Assembly (NCBI GenBank): GCA_963851265.1
Contig: CAWKNZ010000006.1
Location: 64,001 to 128,000 of the forward strand
Length of the DNA stretch: 64,000 nucleotides
Direction: 5' to 3'
Source: an uncultured Gemmatimonadales bacterium
GTDB lineage: Bacteria > Gemmatimonadota > Gemmatimonadetes > Gemmatimonadales > Gemmatimonadaceae
Below the pieces are notes generated by a model. The model did no database searches and was not told the origin of the DNA. It saw only the letters and a list, made by a program, of their open reading frames with translations. The translations under genes were made by a program, and so were the position numbers. Of the stretch, positions 18,990-26,179 are shown in pieces; the stretch's first letter is position 1; the number at the start of each line of letters is the position of its first letter.

Positions 18990-21053
18990 TTACTGCGGAA
19001 CGGGGGGTGGCGCCATCGGGCGCGCGTCGCGCGCCGCCCTGTGCACCCGGGTGCCCGACCCGTCGTGGACGACCGCGTCGCCGTCGCCGACCTCGGGCTT
19101 GACCGCGCTCCGCACCGCCGCGACGTCGGCCTCGCGCGCGCGCCACTGCTGCGGGCTCAGCACCAGCACCTCGCAGACCGCCCCGTCCGACGCGCGCGCG
19201 ATCGCGTCGGAGAGCAGGTGCGCCTCGCGGCCGAGGCGGACGCTCTCGCCGTCGGAGTGCGCGACGACCAGCAACGTGACCCCGGCGCGGCACGCCGGGC
19301 GCGCCCGCTCCAGGTAGGCACGGACGAGCGGGTGCCACGCCGGGAGCAACTCGCGCAACACCGCGGCCCACCACCCCGCCGCTTCCGGCGCGAGCGCCGC
19401 CGGATCGAGCGGCAGCACGTCTCCCAGGTCGCGCGGCCCATCGTGCGCCCCCCGCGGCGTCTCGGCACCTGCCGCGCCCGGCGCCACGGCCGCGGAGGCC
19501 GAACGGTGCCCCGCCCCGCCGGCCGCGCCCGCGCGCGTGTCGCGGCGCTCGGCCGCCGGCTCGCCGGACCGTTCACCGGTACGCTCCCCAGTTCGGTCGC
19601 CTGCGGTGAGCCGCGGCGCCGGCCGCGCGCTCGCGATCCGCTCGCGCAGCCACCGCTGGAAATCTTCGTTCCCGTCGTAGCTCCACCCCTTCGCCACGCC
19701 GTCGGTGACGTAGCGCCCGGGTGCGTGCACCGCCTGGCCACGCTCGCGCTGGTAGAACACGTACGCGAGCATCTGCCGCACCTGCCCCGCCGACTCCGCG
19801 ACGAGCTGCTCCGCAGCCCGCGGCGCGACGTCGAGCGAGGCGAGCAGCAGCCGCAACACCCGCTGCTCCGTGAAGTCCGGCGTGCCCACCCCGCGCAGCC
19901 AGCCCGCCACCCGCAGCCGCAGCCCCGGCTCGAAGTGGAACACGTACCGCCCCCGCGCGACCGACGTCACCTCGGCACCCGCGAGCACCTCGTGGGCGAT
20001 CAGCTCCTGCGCGGCCGCCAACACGTCGTCCCGCACGTGCGCCGACCGCACGTTCTTGGTCCCCCCCGCGATGCCGCACAGCTGCCGCAACGCCGCGAGC
20101 TCGAAGCGCAGCGGCGCCTGGCGGGCCTGCGCGTTCGCCGTGAGCTGGTACAACCGCTTCGCGATCGGACGCGTGAGCCGCGCGTGCGTCGGGCAGTCGA
20201 TCCACCCGACCCAGCCGCGCTCCCCCTGCGCCAGCAACGCGGGGTTGATCTGCAGCTTCTGGATCCAGTCCTCGCCGCGCGCCGTGCGGTGGTATTCGGT
20301 CCGCCACGCGTACGTGATGAGGAACTCGACCCCCTCGGCCTCGGGCACCCACTCCCCCCCGGGGAGCGCGGCGGCGACGTCGCGCGGCACGCGGTGCGGG
20401 CGCGGCCGCCGCCCACCACGCGCCGCGCCCGCGCTCGCGAGCAGCCCGCCGTCGTCGCGGCCCCCGTCGCGCGCGCCGTCACGCGTCACGTCGCGCATCC
20501 CGTGCTCGAGGAAGATCGGATGTGCGTTACCGGCGGGCAGCGTCACCGGGTCGCCGCGCCCGAGCACCTCGTCGAGCTGCCGCAGACGCGCCGCGCGGAT
20601 CCGCACCGCCGCCAGCCGGTCGAGCGCGCCCTTGATGCGGTCCGCGCGGTCCTTGGTCATGTCGAGATCGAGCACCCGCGCCAGCATGCGCAGGCTCGGC
20701 GCAACGAACTCGCCCGTCACCGGATGCACGTGCGGCCGGCCTTCCGCGTCGGTCCGGTCCGCGAGCGCGGCCATCGCGAGCAGCACGTCCGCGTCGCCGC
20801 CGTAGGGCAGCCCCAGCTTCGGGTCGCCGGTGATCTCGTAGTACGTGTAGCGGCCCGCCGGCTCCGCGACGACCACCTGTGCGCGACGCGCGGCCTCGGG
20901 CAACACCCCCTGCCCGTCCAGCTCGGTCTGCTTCACCGCCGCCCGGAAGATCGGGAGCGTGAGTAGCCCGGCCGGAATCGGCTGCGGTAACTCGCCGACC
21001 CCGACCACGGACAGCAGGGCACGCTGATCGGCGGCGAGCGGGGTCGAAGGCAC
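18990..21053 (-). CDS. Plasmid/chromid replication initiator (RepA-like, winged helix)
   Basis: GLPYGGDADVLLAM, SLRMLARVL..RIKGALDRL and IAKRLYQL resemble replication initiator protein A; directly upstream of parAB. GTG 21053 chosen because of the promoter at 21098-21126. Confidence 0.72.
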   Translation of the reverse strand: MPSTPLAADQRALLSVVGVGELPQPIPAGLLTLPIFRAAVKQTELDGQGVLPEAARRAQVVVAEPAGRYTYYEITGDPKLGLPYGGDADVLLAMAALADRTDAEGRPHVHPVTGEFVAPSLRMLARVLDLDMTKDRADRIKGALDRLAAVRIRAARLRQLDEVLGRGDPVTLPAGNAHPIFLEHGMRDVTRDGARDGGRDDGGLLASAGAARGGRRPRPHRVPRDVAAALPGGEWVPEAEGVEFLITYAWRTEYHRTARGEDWIQKLQINPALLAQGERGWVGWIDCPTHARLTRPIAKRLYQLTANAQARQAPLRFELAALRQLCGIAGGTKNVRSAHVRDDVLAAAQELIAHEVLAGAEVTSVARGRYVFHFEPGLRLRVAGWLRGVGTPDFTEQRVLRLLLASLDVAPRAAEQLVAESAGQVRQMLAYVFYQRERGQAVHAPGRYVTDGVAKGWSYDGNEDFQRWLRERIASARPAPRLTAGDRTGERTGERSGEPAAERRDTRAGAAGGAGHRSASAAVAPGAAGAETPRGAHDGPRDLGDVLPLDPAALAPEAAGWWAAVLRELLPAWHPLVRAYLERARPACRAGVTLLVVAHSDGESVRLGREAHLLSDAIARASDGAVCEVLVLSPQQWRAREADVAAVRSAVKPEVGDGDAVVHDGSGTRVHRAARDARPMAPPPVPQ

Positions 21054-21097
21054 GAAGCGCGGTGGGGGGAGGGAGCCGGCGGGGAGCCGGGGTGGGC

Positions 21098-21126
21098 AGT
21101 ATGGAACAGCGTGCGGTCGCGGACAA
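21098..21126 (-). promoter_or_regulatory. Sigma70-like promoter of rep
   Basis: Minus strand reads TTGTCC-N17-CATACT. Confidence 0.55.
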
Positions 21127-21199
21127 GCCGGGTGCAACCGTCGCGCCCGCAGCACCTAGCGTCGGCCCGGCGTTGCGCGGGGTGAGCAGAGCGCGCACC

Positions 21200-21800
21200 G
21201 GCCGAGTGCGCGCGGCGGTGCAATGCGTGATGGTCGTGGTCGTTCTTCAGAGATCTAGAGAACATCACAACCAACAGTGCCCGGCCGCCCACGCCGGCGC
21301 GCCGCCCGCGTGCGCGGCACGCGTCCTGGTACGACGCTGTAAGCCATTGCGATCGTATGACTTACCGGATCGTGCCGGGACGTCCCAGGTCGACGACGAC
21401 GTGATGTCCCGGCCGGGCACGGTCGCCCGTACCGCACGCGCTCGTGACCTCACCGTACACGGAGGCGAGCGGTGGCGATGCACGGCATGGCACGCCGCTC
21501 GTATGTGACCCCAGCATACACACCGCACGCATAACGCATGCGGGAGCAGGTCCGTGCAGATTGACTGATGGTACCCTAGCGAGCGTAGTCGGCCAGCGCA
21601 GCCGTCGCATGCGCAGGCTCACCCGACCCAGGGCCGACCTCCCGCCGACCTCCCGCCGACCCCTAGCCGGCCCCTCCGCCACGCGTGTATGCTGAGGTCA
21701 CATCGCGCGATGGACCGCCATCGGGCGGAGTCCGTGCGGGATGGGCGCCATCGTCCGTGTACCCTGAGGTCACATCAACGTGTCTCCTGAGTCCGAGGTC
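21200..21800. other. Putative replication origin (oriV)
   Basis: Non-coding, lower-GC region next to rep with an AT-richer imperfect inverted repeat (21231-21273) and four to five 19-bp repeats. Confidence 0.6.
21442..21798. repeat. Iteron-like 19-bp repeats, consensus GTGTAYVSTGAGGTCACAT
   Basis: Minus-strand copies at 21442-21460 and 21503-21521, plus-strand copies at 21685-21703 and 21757-21775, degenerate copy at 21780-21798. Confidence 0.75.
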
Positions 21801-21886
21801 GCCGAGCCGGTGACGTGCACGCACGGCGCGCACGTCCGGCCATCGGCGCGCTTCGGTGCGTTGGTGGCACGAGGCGGCCGCGCGGG

Positions 21887-22846
21887 GTGAGCGCGCGGCG
21901 CGTGCGCTCGCCCGGCGTGGTCCGGTCGGTGGGAGTGGTCGCCGAGCGGAGGATCGCGCCCGCAGAGCATGGCGCCGCGCGCTACGTCGCGCTGGAGCGA
22001 CTGCGCGACCACGTCGATCGGGTCGAGTGGGCGCCTCTCCGGATGACGGGCGAGCGGCGGACACGGCCGGCCAGCCCGCGCCTGCCACACGCGCTCGTGC
22101 TGCACCTCGCGCAGCTGGCGCGCGGCGCGTCGGCCCGCGACGCCGCACTCGACGCCGTGGTCGTGCCGGTCGACGTCGACGCGCTCGCGCCACTGCTCGG
22201 GACGGACACGGACGGTGTGGCGGGCGCGCTCGCGGCACTGCAACGCGCCGGCGTGGTGCACGCGCGCGACGCGGCGATCGCTACGGCCGTCGCGCTCGAT
22301 GCGTCGCTGCTCGGACCCGACCCGCGCTGTGCGGCGCTCGACTGGGCGCGGCTCGCGTTCGTCACGGCCGGCTCGCCGAGTGCGTGGGTGGCGGCGCACG
22401 TGTTGGCCGAGCGGCTCGCGCCCGACGAGTGGACGCCGATGCCGCGGAGCGCGCTCGAGCGCGCGCTCGGCTGCGGCGTCTCGGGCGTGCGCGGCGCGCT
22501 CGACCGACTCACGGCGGCGACCGTCATCGAGCGGCGCGAGCAGCGGGGCGGGGTGAGCGCGTACCGCTTCGCGGCGGCACTGCAGGGGCGGGCGGCCGCC
22601 GAGGTTCGGAGCGTCGCCGTGGCGGGCGCACCGACGGGACCCGTCGGTCGGGGCAGGGAAGCGCCGCCCGCCGCGCCCGCGGTCCCGGCCGGCGCGCGCC
22701 CCACCGCGGCCGCCGCGACCGGCGTGCGACTCACCGTAGGCGGCGTCGAGCTCGAGGTGCCCGCAGGCCTTCGGGTGCGCGTCGAACTCGGACCCGACGG
22801 TACGCCGCAGATCTCTCTCGTACCGGTCGCCCCGGCGGCCGGATGA
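21887..22846 (+). CDS. Hypothetical protein with two winged-helix-like segments (start uncertain: 21815, 21887 or 22043)
   Basis: VDVDALAPLLGTDTDGVAGALAALQRAGVV and MPRSALERALGCGVSGVRGALDRLTAATVIERRE..YRF. Confidence 0.55.
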   Translation: MSARRVRSPGVVRSVGVVAERRIAPAEHGAARYVALERLRDHVDRVEWAPLRMTGERRTRPASPRLPHALVLHLAQLARGASARDAALDAVVVPVDVDALAPLLGTDTDGVAGALAALQRAGVVHARDAAIATAVALDASLLGPDPRCAALDWARLAFVTAGSPSAWVAAHVLAERLAPDEWTPMPRSALERALGCGVSGVRGALDRLTAATVIERREQRGGVSAYRFAAALQGRAAAEVRSVAVAGAPTGPVGRGREAPPAAPAVPAGARPTAAAATGVRLTVGGVELEVPAGLRVRVELGPDGTPQISLVPVAPAAG

Positions 22847-22859
22847 CCCGTACGCGTCC

Positions 22860-23714
22860 ATGCGAGCACTGAACATTCGCGGCCCCCGGGCGGCGCTGAT
22901 CGCCGCCGCCGTCGCGTGTGGCCCCGCGGCGTCGGCCGCCGCGCAGACCACGCCGGCGGCTCCGCCTGCCACCCCGCAGCCGACCACCACCACGCGGGCA
23001 CGCGCCGACCGCGCGACCGCGAGCCGCGCGACCGCCACGCACTTGACCGGCGACTCCGCCGCCGCCGCGCAGGCGCGCGCGGACAGTGCGCGGTATCCCT
23101 ACACGGCCGCGGACATCCGGTTCATGACCGCGATGATGGGGCACCACGCGCAGGCGATCACGATGTCGCGCATGGCGCCCACGCACGGCGCGAGTCCCGA
23201 GGTGCGCACGCTCGCCTCGCGGATCATCAACGCGCAGCAGGACGAGATCGCGACGATGGGCCGCTGGCTCCGCGACCGGCACCAGCCGGTGCCAGACGTT
23301 CTCGGTGCGGGCGCCGCGCACGCCGCTGGCCACGACACGAGCGCCCATGACATGAGCGCCCATGACATGAGCGCCCATGACATGAGCGGGCACGACATGT
23401 CGATGCCCGGCATGGCGATGGGGCGGTCCGACGCGGCGCCCGACATGGCGGGAATGCTCATGCCCGGGATGCTCACCGCGGCGCAGATGGCGCAGCTCGA
23501 CCGCGCGCGCGGGGCCGAGTTCGACCGCCTGTTCCTGACGTTCATGATCCAGCACCACCGCGGCGCCGTCGGCATGGTGGACGGGCTGTTCGGGACGTAC
23601 GGCGCGGGGCAGGACGAGACCGTGTTCAAGTTCGCCTCGGACGTGCACGTCGATCAGACGACGGAGATCGCCCGCATGCAGCGGATGCTGGTGGCGCTGC
23701 TCAGCGATCCCTGA
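22860..23714 (+). CDS. DUF305 (ferritin-like) secreted protein with His/Met-rich insert
   Basis: ADIRFMTAMMGHHAQA, FDRLFLTFMIQHHRGA, QxxEI motifs. Confidence 0.88.
   Translation: MRALNIRGPRAALIAAAVACGPAASAAAQTTPAAPPATPQPTTTTRARADRATASRATATHLTGDSAAAAQARADSARYPYTAADIRFMTAMMGHHAQAITMSRMAPTHGASPEVRTLASRIINAQQDEIATMGRWLRDRHQPVPDVLGAGAAHAAGHDTSAHDMSAHDMSAHDMSGHDMSMPGMAMGRSDAAPDMAGMLMPGMLTAAQMAQLDRARGAEFDRLFLTFMIQHHRGAVGMVDGLFGTYGAGQDETVFKFASDVHVDQTTEIARMQRMLVALLSDP
23330..23402 (+). repeat. 15-bp tandem repeat encoding HD(T/M)S(A/G), about 5 units
   Basis: CATGACATGAGCGCC units. Confidence 0.85.
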
Positions 23715-23772
23715 GCGCGCGCGTAATGCTGTTCGGACGCTCCGTGTCCGCCACCCCCGTCGACCCTCCCGC

Positions 23773-25767
23773 ATGACATCGCCAGCCTCCGTCCGTCGCA
23801 CCCCGCGCCGTCCCGCCCCGGCCGTCGCCGCGCTCACGCTCGCGGCGGCGTGCGCCGCGCTCCACCCACACGCGGCGCACGCGCAGCGCACCGCCGGCCC
23901 GTCGGCGGGTTCGATGTCGGCCCCGAACCCCGACCCGCGCGTCGGGTTGCGCGGCGGGCTGATGGACGCCGCCGAAGCCGCGTGGAACCTCCGCGTGGTC
24001 TCGAAGACGCCGCCGTCCGAGAAGTTCCTCGGGAGCACCAACTCGGACCTCGCCTTCACCGGCCCGTACGCGATCCAGGGGAGCTACAACGGCTTCCAGG
24101 TGTGGAACATCTCCGCGCCCGCGCACCCGGTGCTCACGACGGCGTACTTCTGCCCGGCGTCGCAGAGCGACGTGTCGGTGTTCCACAACCTCCTGTTCGT
24201 CTCGAGCGAGAGCGGCACGGGGCGCCTCGACTGCGGCGCGCAGGGCGTGCAGGACACGGTGAGCAAGGACCGCCTGCGCGGTCTGCGCATCTTCGACATC
24301 AGCGACGTCCAGCACCCGCGCAACGTGGGCAACGTGCAGACGTGCCGCGGGTCGCACACGCACACGCTGCTGGTCGACCCGCGCGACACGTCGAACGTCT
24401 ACATCTACATCTCGGGGTCGGCGGGCGTGCGGTCGCCCAACGAGCTGCCGGGGTGCGTGTCGGAGGCGCCCAACCAGAACCCCAACTCGGCGCTCTTCCG
24501 CATCGAGGTCATCAAGGTGCCGGTCGCGCACCCCGAGCAGGCCGCGATCGTCAGCTCGCCGCGCATCTTCAACGACTTGGCGCAGGCACCGCGGCACGGC
24601 GAGACGCCGGAGGACGCCGCCGCCGCGGCGGCCGCGATCCAGGCCGCGCGCGCGCGTGGCGCGTTCATCGCCAACGTGGGCGGCGCCGAGCGCGTCATCC
24701 GCCCCGCCCTCATCACCCCGCTGCTCGACAGCATGGTGAAGGCACGCCACGGCGCGGGCGCGCCGACGGGGTCCGACAGCGCGGCGCTTCGCGCGGCGCT
24801 GCCGACCATCGCCGCCCACCTGTTCGGGGGACCGCGGCAGAACACGACGCAGTGCCACGACATCACCGTCTACCCCGCGGTGGGGCTGGCCGGCGGCGCG
24901 TGCGAGGGCTACGGGCTGCTGCTCGACATCCACGACCCGGCCCACCCGACGCGCATCGGCGCGGTGTCCGATTCCAACTTCTCGTACTGGCACTCGGCCA
25001 CGTTCAACAACACCGGCACCAAGGTCCTCTTCACGGACGAGTGGGGCGGCGGGGCGCAGCCGAAGTGTCGCGCGAGCGACCCGAAGGCGTGGGGGGCGGA
25101 CGCGATCTTCACCCTGGCCAACGGGCGTCCGCAGTTCCAGAGCTATTACAAGCTGCCGGCGCCGCAGACCTCGAGCGAGAACTGCGTGGCGCACAACGGG
25201 TCGCTCGTGCCGATTCCGGGGCGCGACGTGATGGTGCAGGCGTGGTACCAGGGCGGCATCTCGGTGTTCGACTGGACCGACCCGCGCAACGTGCGCGAGA
25301 TCGCGTTCTTCGACCGCGGCCCGGTCGACTCGACGCGCCTGGTCCTCGCCGGCTCGTGGTCCGCCTACTGGTACAACGGCGTGATCGTCAGCTCCGAGAT
25401 CGCGCGCGGGCTCGACATCTTCGAGCTGACGCCGAGCGCGATGCTCACGCAGAACGAGATCGACGCCGCGAAGACGGTGCACTACGAGTACCTGAACGTG
25501 CAGGACCAGCCGAAGCTCACCTGGCCGGCGAGCTTCGCGCTGGCGCGCGCGTACGTGGACCAGCTGGAGCGCGATCGGGGGCTGCCGGCCGCGCGGCTCG
25601 CCGCGACGCGTCAGGCGCTCGCGGGGGCGGAAGGCGGCGCGGGTGCCGGGCGGCGCGACGCGCTCACGAAGCTCGCGGCGCGGCTCGACGCAGACGCGTC
25701 CGGCGCGTCGAACGCCGCCAAGGTGAAGATGCTGGCCGGCGCGGTGCGGGAGCTGGCCGCGCGGTAG
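23773..25767 (+). CDS. Secreted LVIVD-repeat (beta-propeller) protein
   Basis: NSDLAF, GLRIFDISD, CRGSHTH, CHDITV, ENCVAHNG, WYQGG; follows the DUF305 gene. Confidence 0.82.
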   Translation: MTSPASVRRTPRRPAPAVAALTLAAACAALHPHAAHAQRTAGPSAGSMSAPNPDPRVGLRGGLMDAAEAAWNLRVVSKTPPSEKFLGSTNSDLAFTGPYAIQGSYNGFQVWNISAPAHPVLTTAYFCPASQSDVSVFHNLLFVSSESGTGRLDCGAQGVQDTVSKDRLRGLRIFDISDVQHPRNVGNVQTCRGSHTHTLLVDPRDTSNVYIYISGSAGVRSPNELPGCVSEAPNQNPNSALFRIEVIKVPVAHPEQAAIVSSPRIFNDLAQAPRHGETPEDAAAAAAAIQAARARGAFIANVGGAERVIRPALITPLLDSMVKARHGAGAPTGSDSAALRAALPTIAAHLFGGPRQNTTQCHDITVYPAVGLAGGACEGYGLLLDIHDPAHPTRIGAVSDSNFSYWHSATFNNTGTKVLFTDEWGGGAQPKCRASDPKAWGADAIFTLANGRPQFQSYYKLPAPQTSSENCVAHNGSLVPIPGRDVMVQAWYQGGISVFDWTDPRNVREIAFFDRGPVDSTRLVLAGSWSAYWYNGVIVSSEIARGLDIFELTPSAMLTQNEIDAAKTVHYEYLNVQDQPKLTWPASFALARAYVDQLERDRGLPAARLAATRQALAGAEGGAGAGRRDALTKLAARLDADASGASNAAKVKMLAGAVRELAAR

Positions 25768-25914
25768 CGGCGCGGTAGCGGCGCGGCTGCCGTGGTGCGG
25801 TCGGGGTCCTGCCCGTCGGCGACGATTCACATGGCACGAGAGTCGCTTTTCTCCGACACGTCGCCGGTCGGGCGCACGCCCGACCGGACTGGACCTCTAC
25901 CGGAGACGAACACC

Positions 25915-26151
25915 ATGCGCGACTTCACGAACACGGCACGGGCGGCGGTCCTCACCGCGATGATCGGTGCAATCGGCGTGGCGCCACTCGCCGCGGGCGC
26001 GCAGATGGCGCAGCCGGCGCCGAAGCACCACAGCAAGATCAAGGGCGCGCTCGTCGGCGGCGCGGCTGGTGCGGTCGTGGGCCACCCGAAGCTCGGTGCG
26101 GCGGCTGGCGTCATGCACCAGCATCACAAGAACAAGAAGGCGGGTCTCTGA
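25915..26151 (+). CDS. Small secreted glycine-zipper-like protein (78 aa)
   Basis: GGAG RBS, signal peptide, KGALVGGAAGAVVG..GAAAG, His/Lys tail. Confidence 0.65.
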   Translation: MRDFTNTARAAVLTAMIGAIGVAPLAAGAQMAQPAPKHHSKIKGALVGGAAGAVVGHPKLGAAAGVMHQHHKNKKAGL

Positions 26152-26179
26152 CCTGAGATCTGCGCGGGCGGCGGGCGGG

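Noticed and set aside
16667..21053. repABC cassette
   Set aside because: The initiator is upstream of parA rather than downstream of parB and does not look like RepC.
21442..21798. 19-bp repeats as a CRISPR array
   Set aside because: Too short, in both orientations, irregularly spaced, and no cas genes.
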